This document shows, piece after piece, positions 1-7,807 of a stretch of DNA of 46,159 nucleotides. The notes under the pieces are model-generated. The model was not told where the DNA came from. It ran no database searches and worked only from the letters and a program-made list of their open reading frames with translations. Each line of letters opens with the position of its first letter. The stretch's first letter is position 1. The stretch is from sequence record SRR20825019_214; one strand, given 5' to 3'. The position numbers and the translations under genes are program-made.

Positions 1-108
1 ACCGATTATTTTAGGATTAACTGAAAACCAAAGGAGGTGAGGTGAATAGGCTAATATTGACTAATCCATATTTTGAGGATTGCTGGTGGAATATTTTATT
101 TGCTTTAT

Positions 109-181
109 TGAATAAATTATTCATAATGATAAATACTTTTTACAAAAAGAGGTATATTTGTAATAACTATTTATCATTATG
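109..181 (+). promoter_or_regulatory. hipBA promoter/operator: -7 box TATATTTG (153-160) flanked by a perfect 14-bp inverted repeat (122-135/168-181), plus palindrome TGAATAA-A-TTATTCA (109-123)
   Basis: CATAATGATAAATA and TATTTATCATTATG are exact reverse complements, and the right arm covers the ATG at 179. TAnnTTTG is the Bacteroidota housekeeping -7 consensus. Confidence 0.7.
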
Positions 182-493
182 GGGAGAGAAAAGCCGGTAT
201 TGTTACCAAAACATAAGAAATTATTGAAAGAATTGGGAGAGAATATCAAACTAGCCCGACTGAGAAGGAAATTCAGTACTGAGCAAGTATCTGAGCGGGC
301 AAATATTAGCCGACCAACACTTCATTCCATAGAAAAGGGATCAGAAAGTGTGAGTATAGGACTGTATTTACAGGTTTTGATTGTATTGGGACTTGAAAAG
401 GATCTTTTAATAATCGCACAGGATGATGAATTAGGAAGAAAATTGCAGGATGCCGATTTAAGTACAAAGGAACGCGCTCCGAAAAAAAAATAA
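179..493 (+). CDS. XRE-family HTH protein, probable HipB-like antitoxin
   Basis: LGENIKLARLRRK...ANISRPTLHSIEKG HTH_3 pattern. Ends 3 bp before the HipA gene. Confidence 0.88.
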   Translation: MGREKPVLLPKHKKLLKELGENIKLARLRRKFSTEQVSERANISRPTLHSIEKGSESVSIGLYLQVLIVLGLEKDLLIIAQDDELGRKLQDADLSTKERAPKKK

Positions 494-496
494 GTC

Positions 497-1828
497 ATGG
501 CTAAGACAGATAAAAAAAGAGAAGTGTATGTATATGCAAATTGGCATTTCGACACATTTCGAGAGCCTCAGCGGAGTCAGCTCAATGACCAAACAGGAAT
601 AGAGACACCTGTGTATATGGGTGTTCTACATGCTGAACTTTTGAGAGGAAAGGAAATATTTTCGTTTGAATATGACGCGAACTGGTTACAATCTGGACAG
701 GCACAATTGCTTGATCCGGATTTACAATTGTATGCCGGGATGCAATACCTCAACGATCAGGATAAAAGTAATTTCGGAATGTTTTTGGATTCTTCTCCAG
801 ACAGATGGGGGCGTATCTTGATGCGAAGAAGAGAAGCGGCATTGGCACGACAAGAAAATAGATCTGAACAAAATTTGTTTGAAACCGATTATTTATTGGG
901 CGTGTATGACGCTCACCGTATGGGTGGATTACGCTTCAAACTGGATCCAGATGGAGCGTTCTTAAATGACAATAAAGAAATGGCCAGTCCACCATGGGCG
1001 TCTATTCGGGAATTGGAACAAATTAGTTTGCGGTTAGAAGATGATGATGTGATCAATGACCCTGAATATATGAAGTGGTTGAATATGTTGGTTGCACCTG
1101 GTTCTTCTCTTGGTGGTGCAAGACCAAAAGCAAGTGTATTGGATAGTGAGAACCATTTATGGATCGCGAAGTTTCCGAGTAAGAATGACCAATCAGATAT
1201 TGGAGGATGGGAAATTGTGACTTACGAACTGGCCATTGCTGCAGGAGTGAATATGGCCGAAGCGCAAGCGAAGAAGTTTACAAGTGCTAACCATACATTT
1301 ATGACCAAACGATTCGATCGAACTAAAGATGGAGAACGGATCCATTTTGCTTCTGCAATGACTTTATTAGGACATCGGGATGGCGAAGATTATGGAGAAG
1401 GTGTTAGTTATTTGGAACTGGTTGATTTTATCGCTACCAAAGGAGCAAATGTGAATGAAGACCTAGAACAACTTTGGAGACGAATTATTTTCAGTATTTG
1501 CGTCACCAATACAGACGATCACCTGCGCAATCATGGGTTTATTTTAACTCCTAGAGGTTGGATTTTATCTCCAGCTTATGACATTAATCCTGTGGAAATG
1601 GGTACCGGATTAAAACTGAATATTTCAGAGAATGATAATGCACTGGACTTAAATCTTGCCTTGGAAGTATGTCCTTACTTCCGGTTGAAGGAAGATCGAG
1701 CAAATGAAATTATTCAAGAAGTCAAAGTTGCTGTAAGAAATTGGAAAGAAGTTGCAGTTAAGTATGGAATATCCAATGCAGAGCAGGAATTGAAATCAAG
1801 GGCATTCCAGAAAGCGGAATTGAAATGA
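497..1828 (+). CDS. hipA: HipA-family toxin (Ser/Thr kinase)
   Basis: GSSLGGARPK P-loop, IAKFP, KRFDR, NTDDHLRNH catalytic loop, SPAYDINP. Confidence 0.93.
   Translation: MAKTDKKREVYVYANWHFDTFREPQRSQLNDQTGIETPVYMGVLHAELLRGKEIFSFEYDANWLQSGQAQLLDPDLQLYAGMQYLNDQDKSNFGMFLDSSPDRWGRILMRRREAALARQENRSEQNLFETDYLLGVYDAHRMGGLRFKLDPDGAFLNDNKEMASPPWASIRELEQISLRLEDDDVINDPEYMKWLNMLVAPGSSLGGARPKASVLDSENHLWIAKFPSKNDQSDIGGWEIVTYELAIAAGVNMAEAQAKKFTSANHTFMTKRFDRTKDGERIHFASAMTLLGHRDGEDYGEGVSYLELVDFIATKGANVNEDLEQLWRRIIFSICVTNTDDHLRNHGFILTPRGWILSPAYDINPVEMGTGLKLNISENDNALDLNLALEVCPYFRLKEDRANEIIQEVKVAVRNWKEVAVKYGISNAEQELKSRAFQKAELK
543..592 (+). repeat. REP-like repeat mosaic inside the hipA coding sequence
   Basis: GGCAT-TTCGACA[CATTTCGAGAGCCTCAGCGGAGTC]AGCTCA-ATGACC resembles the intergenic TTCGAC..GCTCA hairpins elsewhere in the window. 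Confidence 0.65.
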
Positions 1829-1882
1829 TTCACAAAATTTATTGAGCGATGGAAAATCAAGTTCTACTGGATGATACTGTTT

Positions 1883-1936
1883 ACAGTTCGACTACCCTCA
1901 CTGTTCTGTACTCCTCAACTTCGACTTCGCTCAGTT
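1883..1936. repeat. Two REP-like hairpin copies
   Basis: ACAG-TTCGACTACCCTCA-CTGT (1883-1904) and AAC-TTCGACTTCGCTCA-GTT (1917-1936). Confidence 0.75.
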
Positions 1937-2047
1937 TTCGGAGGGTTATGATCAGTTTTCGGAGGGGGAATGTTCAGTTTTCGGAGGATAATGATCAGTT
2001 TCATGAGGGTTATGATCAGTTTCCTGAGGGTTACAATCAGTTTTCGG
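1931..2047. repeat. Degenerate 21-bp tandem repeat, 5 full units plus a partial
   Basis: Units start at 1931, 1952, 1974, 1995, 2016 and 2037. Consensus TCAGTTTTCGGAGGGTTATGA; unit 2 is 22 bp. Confidence 0.9.
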
Positions 2048-2108
2048 TTGCTCGAATAGAATAATCGGAACACTATCTACAGGAGCGAAATAAAAAAGTT
2101 TCTAGAAT

Positions 2109-2136
2109 TGTCCCCTTTGTTTTAATCAGCTTCGTC
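2109..2136 (+). promoter_or_regulatory. Putative ECF (ECF42-type) promoter TGTC...CGTC
   Basis: TGTCCC at 2109 and CGTC at 2133, 30 bp upstream of the YciI/ECF operon. Spacing is slightly long. Confidence 0.4.
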
Positions 2137-2166
2137 ATTCAGTTAAAACAATTAAATTAGAGAACT

Positions 2167-2514
2167 ATGAAAGATTTTATGATGATTTTTTTGGGAGCCA
2201 GTTATGAAGAAATTGGACTTTCACCTGAGCAATTGCAGGAAAGAATGGGAAAATGGATGGCTTGGGGCGACAAAATGGGCGCACAAGGAATTTTGAAAGG
2301 TGGTGAAGCTTTAGTTTCTACTGGCAAAAGTGTATCTGGAGAAAAACGCGTTGTTTCTGACGGACCGTTCATCGAAGGAAAAGAACTTATCGGTGGATAC
2401 TATATTGTTTCTGCTGAAAACTACGATCAAGTGGTTGAAATTGCACAAGACTTTCCTGATTTCGATTTAGGCGGAACTGTTGAAATTCGCGAGGTAATGA
2501 AATTTGATATGTAA
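2167..2514 (+). CDS. YciI-family (DGPF domain) protein
   Basis: VSDGPFIEGKELIGGYYIV and GGTVEIREV motifs. TAATG overlap with the sigma gene. Confidence 0.92.
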   Translation: MKDFMMIFLGASYEEIGLSPEQLQERMGKWMAWGDKMGAQGILKGGEALVSTGKSVSGEKRVVSDGPFIEGKELIGGYYIVSAENYDQVVEIAQDFPDFDLGGTVEIREVMKFDM

Positions 2515-3752
2515 TGGAAAAATTAGTCGATCATCTTTTCAGGCATCAGTATGGAAAGATGATCGCTATTCTAACCAAAATTTTCGGGCTTGCACATATT
2601 GAATTGATTGAAGATTCTGTGCAAGATACGTTCGAAAAAGCATCGATCGCTTGGCGAAAACAACTCCCAGAAAATCCGGAAGCTTGGTTAATGGTTACTG
2701 CAAAAAATCGCACAATTGATCTCTTGCGTCAGGTGAAATCTGAAAAGCAACGCTTCGAAAAATTTTCTCCAAGTGCTTTTGCTCATCAGATGAATGACAT
2801 TTTTCTCGACCACGAGATAGAAGACTCTCAATTGAGAATGATTTTCGTTGCCTGTCACACCGCGCTTTCTCCAGAAGAACAAATTGCTTTTTCACTAAAA
2901 ACGATTTCTGGTTTTTCTATGTCGGAAATTGCTTCAGCCTTGCTCACTAAGGAAGAAACGATTAAAAAAAGGCTAATCCGAGCGCGTAAAAGAATTATTT
3001 CAGAAGGAATTACGTTCGATTTCCCATCATCTGAGAGCGTCAACGCGCGATTGTCAATTGTATGCCGCGTTATTTACTTGATTTTCAACGAAGGATTTCA
3101 CTCTTTGAAAACCGATCGACTCATTGACAAAGAAATCTGTGGCGAAGCTTTACGACTTTGTCAAATTCTCCTAAAGAAAGAACAATTCAGATCGGGCGAA
3201 ATTTACAGTCTCTTTGCGCTTCTTTGTTTTCATTCGGCTCGACTTGAGAGCAAAATGGATTCCGAAGGAAAAATCATAACCATTGAATCCCAAGATCGTT
3301 CTCTTTGGTATAAACCGTTGATTCAACTTGGGAAAAATGCACTTCGAATGTCCTTCACCTATGAAGATCATTCAGTTTATTCCTACGAAGCTCAGATTTC
3401 GCTTGAACATCTTAAATCCGCTGACTTTCCCTCAACCGACTGGGCTAGAATCTTGCAACTTTATCAAGAACTCAATATCCTGTCTCCAAATGATTTTCAT
3501 CTTTTGAATATTGCGATTGTACACCTACAACTAGGTCAATTAAAGGATGCGAAGGAAGTATTGGACAAAATCGACGCGTCGTCTTTAGAACAAAGAAGCT
3601 ATCTTTTGGATGGCACATATAGTGATTACCACCAAAAATCGGGGAATACGACGGAGGCAACGAGTTACTTGCAAAAAGCTATTTCTAAAACAAAGAATGA
3701 TCAAGAACGAATTTATTTAATCCAGAAGTTGAACTTACTCAATTGCGAATAA
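2514..3752 (+). CDS. ECF sigma factor with C-terminal TPR-like extension (ECF42/DUF6596 type)
   Basis: IEDSVQDTF, PENPEAWL, DSQLRMIFVACH, VIYLIFNEG, QDRSLW, TDWARILQLY. Paired with a DGPF gene. Confidence 0.9.
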   Translation: MEKLVDHLFRHQYGKMIAILTKIFGLAHIELIEDSVQDTFEKASIAWRKQLPENPEAWLMVTAKNRTIDLLRQVKSEKQRFEKFSPSAFAHQMNDIFLDHEIEDSQLRMIFVACHTALSPEEQIAFSLKTISGFSMSEIASALLTKEETIKKRLIRARKRIISEGITFDFPSSESVNARLSIVCRVIYLIFNEGFHSLKTDRLIDKEICGEALRLCQILLKKEQFRSGEIYSLFALLCFHSARLESKMDSEGKIITIESQDRSLWYKPLIQLGKNALRMSFTYEDHSVYSYEAQISLEHLKSADFPSTDWARILQLYQELNILSPNDFHLLNIAIVHLQLGQLKDAKEVLDKIDASSLEQRSYLLDGTYSDYHQKSGNTTEATSYLQKAISKTKNDQERIYLIQKLNLLNCE

Positions 3753-3754
3753 CT

Positions 3755-5017
3755 TTACTCGACACAAATCCGTTTAGCCGCAACACCATTTTCCGTTTGG
3801 ATCAACACAGTGTACATTCCCAAAGCCAGTTCAGAAACATCCAAAAGAGCCTGATTCTTCATAATTCTAGAATGAGCGTTTATTTCACTTCCAGCGAGAT
3901 TATACATCTGAATAGTTAGAATGAGAGATGTGCTTTCGATAATCAGTTGAGTACTTGCTGGATTTGGATACAAGGAGAAGTTCGTCGATATTTCCATTTG
4001 CTGAAGTCCAAGTTCGGCTACAGGAACATTTACAACCACGTAGCCGCTATCTCCAACGCCAAAAGTTATGTCGTTTCCGTGGGAATCCATGTCGTTAATT
4101 GGTTGGTCCACCGAAAAATAATCCCAAATTCCGACTGATGAAATATTCGTTTCAAAAATCAAGCCTCCAGTAAAACCTGAAGGTTTAGCACCAGAATAAA
4201 TGTCCCCATTAGACGCTGAAGCAACACAAAGATAACTCGGATAGAAAAAAGTAGCCGAATTAAAATCTTGCGCCCAAGTTAAACCAGCATCAACCGATTT
4301 CAAGACACCAAATCCACCTCCATTGTCATCAGTGTATCCGGCGTAACAAAGTGTATCATTTACAATTAAAACAGACGTTAGATAAGCGTTTACGCCAATA
4401 CCTGTTGGGATAGTGTCCCATGATTGTCCGCCATCGATTGACCTCAGCATGTATTGATTCTTTACTGCTGCCAACCCAAGATTATTTGATCCAAAATCAA
4501 ATTCCAACACTTTTTGTTCTGAATCCCAGAAGAGTCCAGTTTGCGTTGATGTATTCCAAGTACCTGAATTGTATTCATCAATGATTGCACCTTGAAAACA
4601 TCCTGCTCCTCCAAGAAAATAATTGTTATCTGTGAAGGCGTAGACTGCATTCGGGAAGCACATATTTGAGCTTTGACCAGTAACCGCTGTCCAGTTTTGC
4701 CCTCCGTCTATTGTTTTATAGGTTCCGCTATATCCGACAACGATAAATCCAGTTAATTCATCTAAAAAATGAACGTCATTTATAGCATACGCTTGCGACA
4801 GCACTTGAATTCCACTGGCAGGAAGTTGGCTCCAAGTTTGACCACCATCTATTGTTTTTAATATCGTTGTGTCTTCACCGACGATGTAACCTACGGATGA
4901 ACTTGGGAAGTCGATGGCGAGTAATTTACTTGTTGTGGGCACTGAAATTGGATACCAACTTTGTCCGATCACGCCTGTAGAAAGTGCAATTGCGAAAATA
5001 AAGAGTAGTTTTTTCAT
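3755..5017 (-). CDS. T9SS-secreted YCF48/BNR-repeat beta-propeller protein
   Basis: Signal peptide, four (T/S)xD(G/A)GxxW Asp-box repeats, C-terminal LYPNPA...GMYTV...KRI type A sorting domain. Confidence 0.88.
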   Translation of the reverse strand: MKKLLFIFAIALSTGVIGQSWYPISVPTTSKLLAIDFPSSSVGYIVGEDTTILKTIDGGQTWSQLPASGIQVLSQAYAINDVHFLDELTGFIVVGYSGTYKTIDGGQNWTAVTGQSSNMCFPNAVYAFTDNNYFLGGAGCFQGAIIDEYNSGTWNTSTQTGLFWDSEQKVLEFDFGSNNLGLAAVKNQYMLRSIDGGQSWDTIPTGIGVNAYLTSVLIVNDTLCYAGYTDDNGGGFGVLKSVDAGLTWAQDFNSATFFYPSYLCVASASNGDIYSGAKPSGFTGGLIFETNISSVGIWDYFSVDQPINDMDSHGNDITFGVGDSGYVVVNVPVAELGLQQMEISTNFSLYPNPASTQLIIESTSLILTIQMYNLAGSEINAHSRIMKNQALLDVSELALGMYTVLIQTENGVAAKRICVE

Positions 5018-5040
5018 AACATTCAGATTGATGATTTCAA

Positions 5041-5101
5041 CAAAATTAAGTGAATCTAGTCTGTCATGAAATGCATAAAAATTCCCAATTCATGTACATT
5101 T
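5041..5101 (-). promoter_or_regulatory. -7 box TAATTTTG (5048-5041) with candidate AraC site (5090-5101)
   Basis: TCATGTACATTT matches 11/12 with TCATGTACTTTT at 5783, at the same 41-nt distance from the -7 box. Confidence 0.5.
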
Positions 5102-5104
5102 CTT

Positions 5105-5716
5105 CTATGCGAGCGCAGTGAGGAAAATATCAAAATTGACTACCAAATTTCCTTTGGTGTCTTCCAAAACGATTGGTAGAATGCGTTTTTCTGCTTTCGA
5201 CTTAGAAGCCCAAGGATCTTCCGTAATGTGAGGATCACCTTCAAAATAGATTTGAGAAACGAGTTCTTTATGATCTTCTCCCGTTACACGAAAATGAATA
5301 TGTGCAGGTCTGAATAATTTTCCATTTAGGTATTTCCCAGGCAGAATTGTCCTGAATGAGTATTCTCCATTTTCATCTGTTGACCAAGCGGCTCTGTGAC
5401 GAAAATCGGGTGTATCATTGTCATAAGCGCCTGCTGTATCGCAATGCCAAATTTCCACAAGTGCATTTTCAAGCGGAGATGTGCAATCATCCTTGAACAC
5501 TTTTCCCTTTATGCTCACGGTTGAACCTGGAATATTTTGAATACGCATGTCTTGCCTTTTCGGTGCATTTGGGCGATAAAATGGTCCTAAAATATCATCT
5601 GTGGTGGTGCATTCTCCGATAAATTTTCCTGAATCTTCTCCTTTTTTCACCATTCCACATGCGGAAACGGCAAATACGGCAAGCGATGCCTTCACTAAAA
5701 AATCTTTTCTTTCCAT
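5105..5716 (-). CDS. Intradiol ring-cleavage dioxygenase family protein, probable exported lipoprotein
   Basis: GPFY, VEIWHCDTAGAYD, RTILPGKY and RPAHIHF iron-ligand motifs. Start moved to ATG 5716 (MERKDFL...AVSAC: Tat-like motif plus lipobox). Confidence 0.88.
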   Translation of the reverse strand: MERKDFLVKASLAVFAVSACGMVKKGEDSGKFIGECTTTDDILGPFYRPNAPKRQDMRIQNIPGSTVSIKGKVFKDDCTSPLENALVEIWHCDTAGAYDNDTPDFRHRAAWSTDENGEYSFRTILPGKYLNGKLFRPAHIHFRVTGEDHKELVSQIYFEGDPHITEDPWASKSKAEKRILPIVLEDTKGNLVVNFDIFLTALA

Positions 5717-5733
5717 TTTGAGGGTATTTGCAT

Positions 5734-5794
5734 CTAAAGTACAGTTAATGCACAAAAAGGTTCATGTAGGACCTAGACTTACTCATGTACTTTT
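5734..5794 (-). promoter_or_regulatory. Candidate AraC operator (TCATGTA direct repeat at 5762 and 5783, 21-bp period) with -7-like TACTTTAG (5741-5734)
   Basis: The repeat straddles the araC stop codon. A 21-bp period is typical of AraC-family sites. Confidence 0.55.
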
Positions 5795-6609
5795 CGGTAA
5801 TCCGTGGGAGAAATGCCTGCTTTTGACTTGAAAAACTTACTAAAATGTGCAGGATCATCGAAGTTTAGTTCGTAAGCGGCTTCTTTTACTGAAATCCCCG
5901 TGTTGAGGAGTCGTTTTGCTTCTAAAATTAATTCATTATGTATGATTTGACTTGCATTTTCGCCAGCGTTTTTCTTTACCAAGCTATTTAGTGATTTCTC
6001 GCTCATTCCTAGAATTTGTGCGTATTCTTGAACTTGTCTGATGGTTCTAAATTCTTTGTGAACGAGCTGACGAAAAGTGGTATAGTGATTATCCTTCCTG
6101 ATTTGAATTTTACCTTCTTCGCTTTCCATGCACTTAATACAGAACGTTTGAATCACGTTTCGCATCATAAGTGTATGGAGTTCGGTCTTTTCTGGTGGAA
6201 GATTTCTCACTTGGGAAAGTAGGACATTGAATAAAATCGCATCATCTTTCGAAAGTTGAAATGCTGGTGATTGTTCGGATACGTCGTAACAACATTGATT
6301 AAAAAGAAATGAAGAAATTGGCTCTGGAGCTTGCAATGCTTCCAATTCAAACAAAAAAACCATTCCCGACGAGTTCAATTCCCGCTTCATTTGATGGACT
6401 CTTCCTGGTCCAACAATATGCACTCCGAAGTCGGCAACGGGAAAGTCGATAAAGTCAATGGAATGAACTCCACCTCCATTTACAAAGCAAAAAAACTCGT
6501 AGTAAGTATGTCTATGCGGGGTTCCAAAATCATACTCGGTAACAGCTTCCAACGACCTTGAGTGAATCTCACTGTGGGCTGTTTTCTTGGAATTGTGCGT
6601 TGGGATCAT
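5779..6609 (-). CDS. AraC-family transcriptional regulator
   Basis: N-terminal cupin PHRHTYYE...GGGVHSIDF, C-terminal LEAKRLL...LNFDDPAHFSKFFK...GISP. Confidence 0.93.
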   Translation of the reverse strand: MIPTHNSKKTAHSEIHSRSLEAVTEYDFGTPHRHTYYEFFCFVNGGGVHSIDFIDFPVADFGVHIVGPGRVHQMKRELNSSGMVFLFELEALQAPEPISSFLFNQCCYDVSEQSPAFQLSKDDAILFNVLLSQVRNLPPEKTELHTLMMRNVIQTFCIKCMESEEGKIQIRKDNHYTTFRQLVHKEFRTIRQVQEYAQILGMSEKSLNSLVKKNAGENASQIIHNELILEAKRLLNTGISVKEAAYELNFDDPAHFSKFFKSKAGISPTDYRKVHE

Positions 6610-6641
6610 TCGTAAAAGATACGAAAAAGGGAATGAATGAT

Positions 6642-7214
6642 TTAAAAATTTAATCCTTCCAACAACTCAAACGTTTCATCATTCCGTAGAGAAACGCCCT
6701 TACTTTCGATGTACTTGTTACTCAGATTTGGTGGACCTGTAACAACTACCAGATTCGAAAGATTCAACGGTTGTGCGTTGTCGCTTTTCCTCCTTTTTTC
6801 CACTTTATTCTTTATTTCGGTTTCCTTTCTCACCTGAACGATGGTGTCTATGATTTTTTTCTCAATAAACACGGTATCTACCGTTGCTATTGGAACTTCA
6901 ATAATCATTTTCTCAGGAGTACTTTTAAACAACCACATTCCAATGAGAAATGCAGCTGCAACTCCCGAAAGTGAGGCATACCATGGAATCATTAATACTC
7001 CACCGTTCCTTTTTTCTTGGAGCAATAGTGGTCGACTTATTTCTTCCTCTGCAGAATTGCGCGCTTTCCTGATTAAGTCGTGTTGCATTCTATATTCCTG
7101 TTCGCTGGAAATCTCCAAAACATTTTTGATCTCCACAGCGCTCAACTCATCGAAGGATTTTGATTCGATTAAATCAAACAACTTTTCTTCTTTCTTATTT
7201 AATTCCTCGCGCAT
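6642..7214 (-). CDS. Putative single-pass anti-sigma factor
   Basis: About 70-aa cytoplasmic N-terminus, one TM segment (WYASLSGVAAAFLIGMWLF), 2 bp downstream of the ECF gene. Confidence 0.6.
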   Translation of the reverse strand: MREELNKKEEKLFDLIESKSFDELSAVEIKNVLEISSEQEYRMQHDLIRKARNSAEEEISRPLLLQEKRNGGVLMIPWYASLSGVAAAFLIGMWLFKSTPEKMIIEVPIATVDTVFIEKKIIDTIVQVRKETEIKNKVEKRRKSDNAQPLNLSNLVVVTGPPNLSNKYIESKGVSLRNDETFELLEGLNF

Positions 7215-7216
7215 AT

Positions 7217-7807
7217 CTATGACAGTTTAAATAATTTTTCATTTACTGGATAAAACTCCTTTAACTCAGCTGACACTTTTTTCGTAGCGTGAAACAAACG
7301 TGATTTGATTGTTCCTTCTGCCACTTGCATGATTTCTGCTATTTCCTTAATTGACAAATCTTGCAAATAACGTAGTTCGAATGCCAAGCGATGATCTTCA
7401 GAAAGCGTACTTAACACTTGAGCTAATTGCTTTCGAAACACTGTTCTATCGAACTCTCCTTCTTGCAATGAAGTTGTTGGAACAGAATTTCCGAAGTGAA
7501 TCTCCTCCTTTTTTGATCTTCTTAATTCTGAAAAGCACATATTTCGTGCGATCGTAAAAAGCCAAGTATAGAAATTCAACTCTGGATTGAACGATTCGTG
7601 TTTCTCCATGACTCTCAAGAATAAATCCTGATTGAGATCCTGGGATCGTTCTTTATCTCCATTCAACATTCGGATGAAAAACCCGAGAGACTTATTTCCA
7701 TATCGTTTATGTAACTCAGTTATAGCGACATTTCGATTGTTGGAGTTTAATAATCCCACGAGTTCCTCATCCGAACGAAGAGCAATATCTTTTCTAAAGA
7801 TTCCCAT
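7217..7807 (-). CDS. ECF RNA polymerase sigma factor
   Basis: SDEELV, DLNQDLFL, FYTWLFTIARN, LSIKEIAEIM..GTIKSRL. Confidence 0.93.
   Translation of the reverse strand: MGIFRKDIALRSDEELVGLLNSNNRNVAITELHKRYGNKSLGFFIRMLNGDKERSQDLNQDLFLRVMEKHESFNPELNFYTWLFTIARNMCFSELRRSKKEEIHFGNSVPTTSLQEGEFDRTVFRKQLAQVLSTLSEDHRLAFELRYLQDLSIKEIAEIMQVAEGTIKSRLFHATKKVSAELKEFYPVNEKLFKLS

Noticed and set aside
42-227. 61-aa ORF and other short antisense or overlapping ORFs in the track
   Set aside because: They overlap well-supported genes or promoters and show no recognisable motifs.
1931-2047. 21-bp array as a CRISPR or type III TA antitoxin
   Set aside because: No unique spacers, units too short, no cas genes. 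It lies downstream of a HipA kinase rather than upstream of a ToxN-like RNase.
1849-2064. 71-aa ORF as a real gene
   Set aside because: Made almost entirely of REP hairpins and the tandem array, and the repeat changes frame at the 22-bp unit. Not excluded, but unsupported.
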